A DNA stretch of 32,000 nucleotides from the NCBI RefSeq assembly GCF_000025925.1, contig NC_014033.1:3030001-3062000 (forward strand), written 5' to 3'. Of this stretch, positions 1 to 7,995 are shown one piece after another. Under the pieces are notes generated by a model. It did no database searches. It was given only the letters and a program-made list of their open reading frames with translations, and was not told where the DNA came from. This stretch comes from Xylanibacter ruminicola 23 (GTDB lineage Bacteria; Bacteroidota; Bacteroidia; Bacteroidales; Bacteroidaceae). The position numbers were made by a program, and so were the translations under genes. Position 1 is the stretch's first letter. Each line of letters opens with the position of its first letter.

Positions 1-1
1 G

Positions 2-109
2 AGTGGCGAGTTGCTGCACTTCCTGCCCGATGGCACCTTCGACTGGAAGGTAAGCACAGGCGATATACCCGCCCACGCAGCATTTTTATTTAAAACAACA
101 AAAAAATGA
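2..109 (+). CDS. 3' end of an upstream gene (partial, product unknown)
   Basis: Frame 2 is open from the window edge (...GELLHFLPDGTFDWKVSTGDIPAHAAFLFKTTKK*). The stop TGA at 107-109 overlaps the ATG at 106 of the next gene (ATGA coupling). Confidence 0.4.
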   Translation, partial: SGELLHFLPDGTFDWKVSTGDIPAHAAFLFKTTKK

Positions 110-1224
110 AGAAGATATTTTTACTATTAATAGCCGCAATTACCATCGGTAATATCCATGCTCAGCGCATGGACGATGTTACTGTGCACTCCAAATACAT
201 CCAGGCGGTAGATGAATATCGCCCTGCCCCAGGACAGTATGTAAACGATGTGCCAGAATACGAAGCTGGCGATACCGAGGCCGATATGATTCGTAAGTGT
301 AACAACAACCTGGCAGGTCTTGGTCCTATCAATTCCCATTTGGTGGCACTTGGCGGCTGGGGCGGTTATATCACGTTCCACTTCGATCATTCTATCGCCA
401 ACGTGCCTGGCGAGCGCGACTTTGCCGTATGGGGAAACGCCTATCAGGAAATGAAGAATCTGGTGTTTGGTGGTATGAATGAGGCTGGCGTAGTAATGGT
501 GTCGAAGGATGTAAACGGCAACGGAAAGCCCGACGACCCTTGGTACGAAATCAGCGGCAGTTGCGATGTGGATAGCGCAGGCAAGGTAATTTATGGTTAC
601 GAGATAACCTACCGTCAGAACCCCATGGGTGATATTCCCTGGACAGATAACCAAGGTAATAGCGGCACCATCGATCGTAATCACTACCATACCCAGGAGT
701 ATTACCCCCAGTGGTTGCCAGATAATCTCACCTTCAAAGGCACCCGACTGCCCGATAATATGCAGAATCTGTCCGATCAGGTAGAGCAGTCGTTCAGTCC
801 CTACTATTACGTGCTGGTAGGTTTCCGCTATGGCTATGCCGATAATCTGCCCAACTTTAGCGATAATGCCGATGCCACCTCGTATAATTATGAGGGCTGC
901 GGTATTGATATCTCGTGGGCTGTGGATGAGAACCGTCAGCCTGTAAATCTTGATTTCATCGACTTTGTACGTGTATATACAGGTTTGAATCAGAAATGTC
1001 CCCAACCCGAGTGGTGGGGCGAAACCTCTACAGAGTTTGCTGGTGCCGAGGATATCCATCTCGAAGCCTCGCTCCAAGCTATCGAGAATGCTTTGAGCGG
1101 CATTCGTGCTATCCAGCAGGAAGCATCTTCATCAAGTCCTTTCTACGACCTGCAGGGTCGAAAGGTTACTCCAACCAAGAAGGGTGTCTATATTCAAAAC
1201 AGAAAGAAGATAGTTATCAATTAA
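106..1224 (+). CDS. Secreted cell-surface protein with T9SS-type C-terminal sorting tail (function unknown, corrinoid-locus context)
   Basis: Signal peptide MKKIFLLLIAAITIGNIHAQ. The C-terminus ...SPFYDLQGRKVTPTKKGVYIQNRKKIVIN resembles the Bacteroidetes type-A T9SS sorting domain. It sits in an operon-like arrangement with the following genes. Confidence 0.7.
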   Translation: MKKIFLLLIAAITIGNIHAQRMDDVTVHSKYIQAVDEYRPAPGQYVNDVPEYEAGDTEADMIRKCNNNLAGLGPINSHLVALGGWGGYITFHFDHSIANVPGERDFAVWGNAYQEMKNLVFGGMNEAGVVMVSKDVNGNGKPDDPWYEISGSCDVDSAGKVIYGYEITYRQNPMGDIPWTDNQGNSGTIDRNHYHTQEYYPQWLPDNLTFKGTRLPDNMQNLSDQVEQSFSPYYYVLVGFRYGYADNLPNFSDNADATSYNYEGCGIDISWAVDENRQPVNLDFIDFVRVYTGLNQKCPQPEWWGETSTEFAGAEDIHLEASLQAIENALSGIRAIQQEASSSSPFYDLQGRKVTPTKKGVYIQNRKKIVIN

Positions 1225-1255
1225 TTCATATTAATCACTTAAAACAAAAACAGTT

Positions 1256-1999
1256 ATGAAAACAAACAAATTATTCGGACTTGCAGTCCTCGCGTGCGGT
1301 TTCGCACTGTCGTTCACATCATGTACTAATGATGACAATCCAGTTGGTGGTAAGAGACAGGCTACAGTTTCTTTCGAGAACAAGAAGCTTGGTGCTGATG
1401 GCTATTGGCGTGGTGACGAATCTGGTACTAAGTTTGATAATTACGGATTAGAGGCCTTCGCCTGCCAGTATAAGGAAAAGGGGGTAACCTTCCCAGTAAA
1501 CTACACACCTTCTTGGGCCAGCTGGACTGGTTTTGCTATCTCAAATCGCACAGAGACTACTTATAAGGAGCAGAATCCCGATCAGTTCAATAGTGCTGTA
1601 GGTGCTGCCAAGAGCGGTAACAACTTCTGTGTAGTATATACCTATGGCGAGGAAATCGATTTCGGTCGTGCCGTTACCCTGAAGGGCTTCTGGTTCACCA
1701 ACGAGGCATGGGCTGTTGATGCCATCCTGAATGGCGATGGAATGTCTCCTGGTAAGTTTGAGAAGGACGACTGGTTTAAGTGCACAGTTACTGCAACACT
1801 GTCTGATGGTTCAACCAAGGATGTTGAGGTTTTCCTGGCTAAGGATGGTGAGTATGTAAAGGATTGGCAGTTCTGCGATTTCCAGAGTTTGGAAAAAGTT
1901 ACCAAACTGAGCTTTGCATTCGATAGCACTAAGAAGAACGACTACGGTCCAACAACTCCTACTTACATGTGTATCGACGATATCGAGTTTGAGTATTAA
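1256..1999 (+). CDS. DUF4465-like surface lipoprotein (BtuH-like, putative corrinoid-binding)
   Basis: Lipobox ...ALSFTSC followed by the acidic stretch TNDDN (surface-export type). The motifs YWRGDESG and WTGFAISNRTE plus GNNFCVVY are as I recall for DUF4465. The stop overlaps the next start by 1 nt. Confidence 0.65.
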   Translation: MKTNKLFGLAVLACGFALSFTSCTNDDNPVGGKRQATVSFENKKLGADGYWRGDESGTKFDNYGLEAFACQYKEKGVTFPVNYTPSWASWTGFAISNRTETTYKEQNPDQFNSAVGAAKSGNNFCVVYTYGEEIDFGRAVTLKGFWFTNEAWAVDAILNGDGMSPGKFEKDDWFKCTVTATLSDGSTKDVEVFLAKDGEYVKDWQFCDFQSLEKVTKLSFAFDSTKKNDYGPTTPTYMCIDDIEFEY

Positions 2000-3123
2000 T
2001 GAGATACATTCAACTATTAATCATAGCAGTATTGCTCACAGCCTGCGGAGGTGCGAAGAAAAACGCACCTCAGCAAGCTGGGGGCGATGCTGTTACCTTT
2101 AAATATGCCACACAGATTAGCGTCGAGAAGTTTGATGGCTATACGGTGGCAACTATCAAGAACCCTTGGAAGGAGGGTATGACGCTACACCGTTATGTGC
2201 TGATACCTGCCGACCAGGAAATACCCAACCATATTCCCAGCGGTACTATTGTACGCACACCATTAAAACGCGCCGTAATGTTTACCACCGTACATTGCGC
2301 TATGTTGATGGAGTTTGGCAAACAGGATTGCATATCGGGTGTGGCCGACTTGAAGTACATTAAGATACCTTGGATTCAGGAGCAGGTGGCCAAAGGCAAG
2401 ATAAGCGATGTGGGCGATGGTATGAGTCCTGTTATCGAGAAAATTATCGACGAACATCCTGATGCCCTATTCCTGTCGCCTTTCGAAAACAGCGGTGGCT
2501 ATGGTAAACTCGAAGAGATTAACATCCCCATCATAGAATGTGCCGACTATATGGAGGCCTCGCCTTTGGCACGTGCCGAGTGGCTGCGTTTCTATGGCAT
2601 GCTGTTTGGTTGCGAAGAGCGCGCCGATATGCTATTTCAGAGTGTAGATAACAACTACCACCAGCTTAAGGCATTGGCAGCAAAGGCTAAAACAAAGCCA
2701 TCGGTAGTGGTTGATAAGGTAACAGGTAGCGTATGGTATGTGCCTGGTGGCAAGAGCACCATTGGCCAGATGATTAGGGATGCCAACGCACAATATGCTT
2801 GGGCCGACGATGAACACAGCGGGTCTATCTCGCTACCTTTCGAAACCGTTCTGGAGCGTGCTGGCGATGCTGATGTGTGGCTTTTCAGATATAGTGGCGA
2901 TCATGATATTACCTATGATGAACTGCTGAGCGAACATCATGGTTACAATCAGTTTAAAGCGTTTAAGAACCAAACGGCTTATGGTTGCGATGTAGAGCGT
3001 TCGTTGTTCTACGAGGAGTCGCCTTTCCACCCTGAAAGACTATTGAGCGATTTTATCCATATTCTGCATCCCGAACTGGATACGATGACCTCGATGCGCT
3101 ATTTTAAAGAGGTTAATCGCTAA
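1999..3123 (+). CDS. ABC transporter substrate-binding lipoprotein, BtuF/FecB-like (cluster 8, corrinoid/siderophore type)
   Basis: Lipobox LLTAC. Length of 374 aa and overall sequence are typical of the Peripla_BP_2 family. It is translationally coupled to the DUF4465-like gene (TAATG). Confidence 0.7.
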   Translation: MRYIQLLIIAVLLTACGGAKKNAPQQAGGDAVTFKYATQISVEKFDGYTVATIKNPWKEGMTLHRYVLIPADQEIPNHIPSGTIVRTPLKRAVMFTTVHCAMLMEFGKQDCISGVADLKYIKIPWIQEQVAKGKISDVGDGMSPVIEKIIDEHPDALFLSPFENSGGYGKLEEINIPIIECADYMEASPLARAEWLRFYGMLFGCEERADMLFQSVDNNYHQLKALAAKAKTKPSVVVDKVTGSVWYVPGGKSTIGQMIRDANAQYAWADDEHSGSISLPFETVLERAGDADVWLFRYSGDHDITYDELLSEHHGYNQFKAFKNQTAYGCDVERSLFYEESPFHPERLLSDFIHILHPELDTMTSMRYFKEVNR

Positions 3124-4147
3124 CCTCGTTCAAGTGGTCAACATACGCCGTGATAGCTTCTACCAACAGGTCGTTTTCCTCGGGCTGTTGGGTAGTTACG
3201 CGGAAGTAATTGTTGTCTAATCCGCGAATGTTCGAAGCGTCACGAATCAAAATGCCGTAGTTGTCCATCAGCCATCGTTTCAACTCTATCGCCGTACTGT
3301 TATGAATAGATACCAGCATAAAGTTGGTATCTGTCTTCATGACCTTCAATCCGTCGATAGTCGATAAGTTAGCGTGCAGTCGCATCGTTTCCTGAAGATA
3401 TACTTTCAGGTCTGGAATCATCTGTATATGGTTCTCAATCAGGTATTTGCCTGCCTCGATAGCCAAGGCGTTAATCGTCCAGGGCTGACGTATCTGTTTC
3501 AATCTACCTATAATAATAGGCGAGGCCACGATATAACCCAAGCGCAGACCTGGTATACAAAACGTCTTAGAGAGCGAGTGAACCAGCATCAGGTTAAACA
3601 CATCCGTCATTTCCTTGGGCTCCAGCATAGGTGCTAAGGTGTAATCAGCATACGACTGATCGATGACATACAGATAGCGTGGATGATTTCGTACGATATG
3701 GTTCAGCATACCCTTTACCAGCACGTTGCCAGTAGGGTTGTTAGGGTTACAAATCCAATAGATACGGTCCTTGGGCAGTACATCAAACTCGTCCTTAACG
3801 TCGTATGATATAATATGGTTAAACATGCGACAGGCATCCTCGTATTCGCTAAATGTGGGTTGCGGAATGATTGACGACCAACCCTTGTACAGCTGCGCTA
3901 TCAGATAGATAGCCTCGTTGGCGCCGCTGGTAACCATCACGGTGTTCTCCTTTACACCCAGTTTCTCGGCCAGCAGGCATTCCAAAGTGTGGGCATCGGG
4001 CTCAGGATAGTGGCCCACCACATCAAAATGCTGCATCAGGTGTTCTTTCAACTCTGTGTAGTCGGCCTGACTATACACATTCGAGCTGAAATTTATCTTC
4101 ACCTTGTCGCCATAGCGAAACACATCGTCACCGTGCCCGTATATCAT
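3113..4147 (-). CDS. cobD: PLP-dependent class I/II aminotransferase-fold enzyme, threonine-phosphate decarboxylase-like (cobalamin biosynthesis/salvage)
   Basis: N-terminus MIYGHGDDVFRYGDKVKINFSSNVY is typical of CobD. It has the NPNNPTG motif and the PLP-lysine context SLSKTFCIPGLRLGY. Length is 344 aa. Confidence 0.65.
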   Translation of the reverse strand: MIYGHGDDVFRYGDKVKINFSSNVYSQADYTELKEHLMQHFDVVGHYPEPDAHTLECLLAEKLGVKENTVMVTSGANEAIYLIAQLYKGWSSIIPQPTFSEYEDACRMFNHIISYDVKDEFDVLPKDRIYWICNPNNPTGNVLVKGMLNHIVRNHPRYLYVIDQSYADYTLAPMLEPKEMTDVFNLMLVHSLSKTFCIPGLRLGYIVASPIIIGRLKQIRQPWTINALAIEAGKYLIENHIQMIPDLKVYLQETMRLHANLSTIDGLKVMKTDTNFMLVSIHNSTAIELKRWLMDNYGILIRDASNIRGLDNNYFRVTTQQPEENDLLVEAITAYVDHLNEVSD

Positions 4148-4162
4148 AAGCTTAATAGATAT

Positions 4163-4960
4163 TTATACCTGTTTTGTTACTTTTATTGTCATGGTCTTGG
4201 GATCGAAGGCTATACCCTCCCGTTCTATAAACCTGCCTAATGCCCCTTGTTCTGCCAGCGCTTTTGGCGAACCAATAGCCACTGCTTCGCCTTGAGTCAT
4301 CAGCCAGATGGTATCGGCCATCTGCAGGGCCAGTTCCACATCGTGCGTGGATAAAAAAATTACTTTGTCAGCCTCACGACTAATGCGACACAACAGCTGC
4401 AACACCTCAACCTTGCTGGGATAGTCGAGAAAAGCCGTTGGCTCGTCAAGATAAATCACAGGTGTTTGTTGGGCCAGCGCTTTGGCTATCATTACCTTCT
4501 GGCGTTCGCCATCGCTCAGCGTGTGCACCATGCGCTTCTTCAGCGGCTCTATACCCACCATCGCAATAGCCTCGTCAACCACCTGCAGGTCGTCTTTCGA
4601 ATAGGTGCCCCAGAATCCTGTGTAGGGCGATCGCCCCAACGATACCAGCTCGCGAACAGTCATATTCCTCACATCAGGCTTTTCGGTCAGCACCACACCT
4701 ATCAGGCGGCTCAGCTGTTTATCGCTGTACTCTGAGAGTTCGCGACCTTCTAACAGTATCTCGCCACCTGTTTTTGGTTGGAATGAAGATAGGGTTTTTA
4801 GTAGCGTTGATTTTCCTACACCATTAGCACCCAGCAGACAAGTAAGTTCACCGCTTTTGATGGTACCATCGATGCCCGTAGCCACCGTTTTTATACCGTG
4901 TTTTGTCTGGTAGCCAATGCTTAGATTGCGCAGTTCTATAGTTTCGCCCGTCGTCTTCAT
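4163..4960 (-). CDS. ABC transporter ATP-binding protein (FecE/BtuD-like)
   Basis: Walker A GANGVGKST, ABC signature LSDGERQ, Walker B VIYLDEPT. It lies 15 nt upstream of cobD on the same strand. Confidence 0.85.
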   Translation of the reverse strand: MKTTGETIELRNLSIGYQTKHGIKTVATGIDGTIKSGELTCLLGANGVGKSTLLKTLSSFQPKTGGEILLEGRELSEYSDKQLSRLIGVVLTEKPDVRNMTVRELVSLGRSPYTGFWGTYSKDDLQVVDEAIAMVGIEPLKKRMVHTLSDGERQKVMIAKALAQQTPVIYLDEPTAFLDYPSKVEVLQLLCRISREADKVIFLSTHDVELALQMADTIWLMTQGEAVAIGSPKALAEQGALGRFIEREGIAFDPKTMTIKVTKQV

Positions 4961-5032
4961 GGTGCAAAGATAGTAAAAAGTTTGGAAACAGTATCAAAAT
5001 TTGCAAACTTTTTTCTTTTGGCGAGTTTTATC

Positions 5033-5608
5033 TTATGCAAGCAGGTGTGTAATCAGTATTTTTATACCTATTACTATCAGAATAATACCGCCTAAAAGTT
5101 CTGGCTTTAGCTTGCGAGCTATCGATTTGCCGAACCTTACGCCCAACCTGTAGCCTACAAAACTGAACATGAAAGATACCAGACCGATGATTAAAAGCGG
5201 GTAAGCTATCTGTGCAAAGGCACGATAGCCTGTACAAGCAAACGATATTCCGATGGCCAGCGCGTCAATACTTGTAGCTACGGCCAGCACCAACTGGGTG
5301 CGCAGGTTCTTAGGGTTAAACTGCTGTTCTTCCTCGTCAGAGAACGATTCGCGAATCATTTTTCCACCTAAAAACGCCAGCAAGCCAAAGGCTATCCAAT
5401 GGTCGATAGCTTCCAATTGCTCGCTAAAGTGGTTGGTAGTCAGCCAGCCTATCAGTGGCATCACGGCCTGGAACAGTCCGAACAGAAAAGCCATACGCAG
5501 AATCATCGCCCACAACCAACGGCGAACGATAACACCGCTCACAATCGAAACCGTGAAGCAATCCATAGCCAAAGCAACGGCTAACATCCATATATCCAGC
5601 GAGTTCAT
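5033..5608 (-). CDS. mntP: Manganese efflux pump MntP
   Basis: From the internal Met the protein (MNSLDIWMLAVALAMDCFTVSI...HWIAFGLLAFLGGKMI...TSIDALAIGISF...GGIILIVIGIKIL) aligns along its whole length with MntP (two DUF204 halves). The upstream 69 codons of the track ORF are low-complexity and run into the GH36 promoter and start. Confidence 0.8.
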   Translation of the reverse strand: MNSLDIWMLAVALAMDCFTVSIVSGVIVRRWLWAMILRMAFLFGLFQAVMPLIGWLTTNHFSEQLEAIDHWIAFGLLAFLGGKMIRESFSDEEEQQFNPKNLRTQLVLAVATSIDALAIGISFACTGYRAFAQIAYPLLIIGLVSFMFSFVGYRLGVRFGKSIARKLKPELLGGIILIVIGIKILITHLLA

Positions 5609-5659
5609 GATAATATTTTGCTCTTTCTTATACTTTAGCTTGCAAAATAACAACTTTTT

Positions 5660-5690
5660 TTTGAGATAAACAAATTTTTTATTACCTTTG
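5660..5690 (+). promoter_or_regulatory. Bacteroidetes sigma-A type promoter for GH36 gene (-33 TTTG, -7 TAccTTTG)
   Basis: TTTG at 5660-5663 and TACCTTTG at 5683-5690 with a 19-nt spacer, 37 nt upstream of the ATG at 5727. Confidence 0.5.
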
Positions 5691-5726
5691 CGCTCAGATT
5701 TTTTAACTAATAACCGATTCAAAAAA

Positions 5727-7910
5727 ATGAAGAAGATTCTTTTTCTAGCGTTCCTTATGGTCTCGGCCTCTACGGCTTGGGCAAAACAGGTTGTTATCCA
5801 AACCAAGAACACCACGATGGTGCTTGATGTAGAAACGGGTAAACAACCACAGTATGTGTATTATGGTGCAAAACTAAGCGACTACGATTTGCAGAATCTG
5901 CAATCCCCTCGTGACGGACGTATGGATGCTTATCCTGCTTATGGCATGAACTGTCCTGCCGAGGCAGCTGTAGCCATGACCCATGCCGATGGCAATATGT
6001 CGACAGAGCTTTTTGCAACAGATGTAACCACACAAGGCTCTGTTACTCAGATTACGTTGAAAGATCCCAAATACCCTGTTCAGGTAGTGCTGTGCTATCA
6101 GGCACGTTTCGATGAAGATATGATTGAAACCTGGACAGAAATCAAAAACGGCGAGGCCAAACCCATCACTCTTACGCAATTTGCCTCTTGTTCACTGCCC
6201 ATCCGTCGCGGAAACGTATGGCTTTCGCACTTTGGCGGTTCGTGGGGCAACGAGGCTCGCTTGATTGAGGAGCCTATCCAGCTTGGACAGAAGGTGATTA
6301 AGAATAAGGATGGTGTACGCAATGCACATACCGATCATGCCGAAGTGATGTTCTCGCTCGATGGTAAAGGCCGGGAGAACAGCGGCGATGTGATTGGTGC
6401 CGCCCTCTGCTACTCAGGCAACTATCAGCTGAAAGTTGAGACCGATGACACAGAGTACCACTACTTCTTTGCTGGCATTAACCCCGATAACTCGGCCTAT
6501 CATCTTAAGAAAGGTGAGACATTCACCACGCCAAAGGTGGCATTCAGCTTCTCAAAGTGTGGTCTCTCAGGTGTATCGCGCAATTTCCACAAGTGGGGCC
6601 GCAAATATATGCTGGCTCACGGCAATAAAGAGCGTAAGATACTGCTCAACTCTTGGGAGGGTGTTTACTTCGACATCAACCAGCAGGGTATGGACCAGAT
6701 GATGGGCGATATAGCCTCGATGGGAGGCGAGCTCTTTGTGATGGACGATGGCTGGTTTGGCGTGAAATATCCTCGCAAGACCGACAACTGTGCCCTTGGC
6801 GACTGGGAGGTTGATAAAAACAAGCTACCCGAGGGTATCGAAGGTCTGCTTCGCGATGCCAAAAAGCACGGCATTAAGTTCGGCATATGGATTGAGCCAG
6901 AGATGACCAACTCGGTATCCGAACTCTACGATGCACATCCCGACTGGGTTGTAAAAGCACCAAAACGAGACGTAGTAAAAGGTCGTGGCGGCACGCAGCT
7001 GGTACTCGATCTGGCTAATCCAAAGGTGCAGGACTTTGTGTTCTCGATTGTAGATAACCTGATGACTAAATATCCTGAAATCGATTATATCAAGTGGGAT
7101 GCCAACATGGCCATCATGAATCATGGTTCGCAGTACCTCACCATGAACGATCAGAGTCATCTTTATATCGAATATCATCGTGGTTTCGAGAAGGTTTGCC
7201 AGCGTGTTCGTGCTAAGTATCCCAACCTTACCATTCAGGCCTGTGCCTCTGGTGGCGGTCGTGCCAACTGGGGTGTTCTGCCATACTTCGATGAGTTCTG
7301 GGTAAGCGATAATACCGATGCACTGCAGCGTATCTACATGCAGTGGGGTACCAGCTATTTCTTCCCCGCCATCGCAATGGCTTCACACATTTCGGCCACA
7401 CCTAACCACACCGTTTTCCGCACCACAGCGCTCAAATATCGTGTTGATGTAGCTATGAGTGGTCGCTTGGGTATGGAGATCCAGCCAAAGAATATGACTG
7501 ACGACGAGAAGGAACTCTGCCGTAAGGCTATCGCCGAGTACAAGCAGATTCGTCCTATCGTACAGTTTGGCGACATCTATCGCTTGGTTTCGCCTTACGA
7601 TAAGCAGGGATTGGCATCGCTCATGTATGTGGATGAGCAGAAGTCGAAGTCGGTATTCTTCTGGTGGAAAACCGAATCGTTCCAGAACGAGCATCTGCCA
7701 CGTGTAAAAATGGCTGGTCTCGATGCCTCGAAGAATTATAAGATTCACGAGTTGAACCGTATCGATCTGCGTCCGATGGATGTCGAGGGTAAGGTGTTCA
7801 GTGGTGCCTATCTGATGAATCACGGCCTTGAAATGCCTTATCGTAACGAGCCCGAATGGAGCAAGAAAAACGATTGGAGCAGTCGTGTGTTGTTGCTTGA
7901 GGCACAGTAA
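5727..7910 (+). CDS. Alpha-galactosidase, glycoside hydrolase family 36
   Basis: Signal peptide MKKILFLAFLMVSASTAWA. GH36 motifs FVMDDGWF, IKWDANM, CASGGGR and SDNTDA are present. Start moved from the track's TTG at 5688 to the ATG at 5727. Confidence 0.85.
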   Translation: MKKILFLAFLMVSASTAWAKQVVIQTKNTTMVLDVETGKQPQYVYYGAKLSDYDLQNLQSPRDGRMDAYPAYGMNCPAEAAVAMTHADGNMSTELFATDVTTQGSVTQITLKDPKYPVQVVLCYQARFDEDMIETWTEIKNGEAKPITLTQFASCSLPIRRGNVWLSHFGGSWGNEARLIEEPIQLGQKVIKNKDGVRNAHTDHAEVMFSLDGKGRENSGDVIGAALCYSGNYQLKVETDDTEYHYFFAGINPDNSAYHLKKGETFTTPKVAFSFSKCGLSGVSRNFHKWGRKYMLAHGNKERKILLNSWEGVYFDINQQGMDQMMGDIASMGGELFVMDDGWFGVKYPRKTDNCALGDWEVDKNKLPEGIEGLLRDAKKHGIKFGIWIEPEMTNSVSELYDAHPDWVVKAPKRDVVKGRGGTQLVLDLANPKVQDFVFSIVDNLMTKYPEIDYIKWDANMAIMNHGSQYLTMNDQSHLYIEYHRGFEKVCQRVRAKYPNLTIQACASGGGRANWGVLPYFDEFWVSDNTDALQRIYMQWGTSYFFPAIAMASHISATPNHTVFRTTALKYRVDVAMSGRLGMEIQPKNMTDDEKELCRKAIAEYKQIRPIVQFGDIYRLVSPYDKQGLASLMYVDEQKSKSVFFWWKTESFQNEHLPRVKMAGLDASKNYKIHELNRIDLRPMDVEGKVFSGAYLMNHGLEMPYRNEPEWSKKNDWSSRVLLLEAQ

Positions 7911-7927
7911 CTTAGGCTAAGAAAAAG

Positions 7928-7978
7928 GCGCAATATACATTCTTTTCATTAAAATAGGATGTATATTGCGCTTTTTTT
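7928..7978 (+). terminator. Rho-independent terminator after GH36 gene
   Basis: A 13-bp perfect stem, GCGCAATATACAT (7928-7940) / ATGTATATTGCGC (7959-7971), followed by T7. Confidence 0.75.
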
Positions 7979-7995
7979 CGTATTTTTGCAGCCGA

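Noticed and set aside
127-1077. 316-aa minus-strand ORF opposite the first surface-protein gene
   Set aside because: It is fully antisense to a gene with a signal peptide and a sorting tail. Its product is low-complexity and rich in I/G/T with no recognisable motif. It is a typical shadow ORF.
4961-5032. Cobalamin riboswitch upstream of the ATPase/cobD operon, and a yybP-ykoY Mn riboswitch upstream of mntP (5609-5726)
   Set aside because: Both non-coding stretches are too short (about 70 and 118 nt, the latter shared with the GH36 promoter). I could not find the conserved B12-box or the yybP-ykoY helices by eye. An Rfam scan would settle it.
5609-5815. 69-codon N-terminal extension of the mntP ORF
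   Set aside because: The extension is Lys/Phe-rich low complexity. It overlaps the GH36 promoter and the first 30 codons of the GH36 gene. MntP homology begins at the internal Met (5608).
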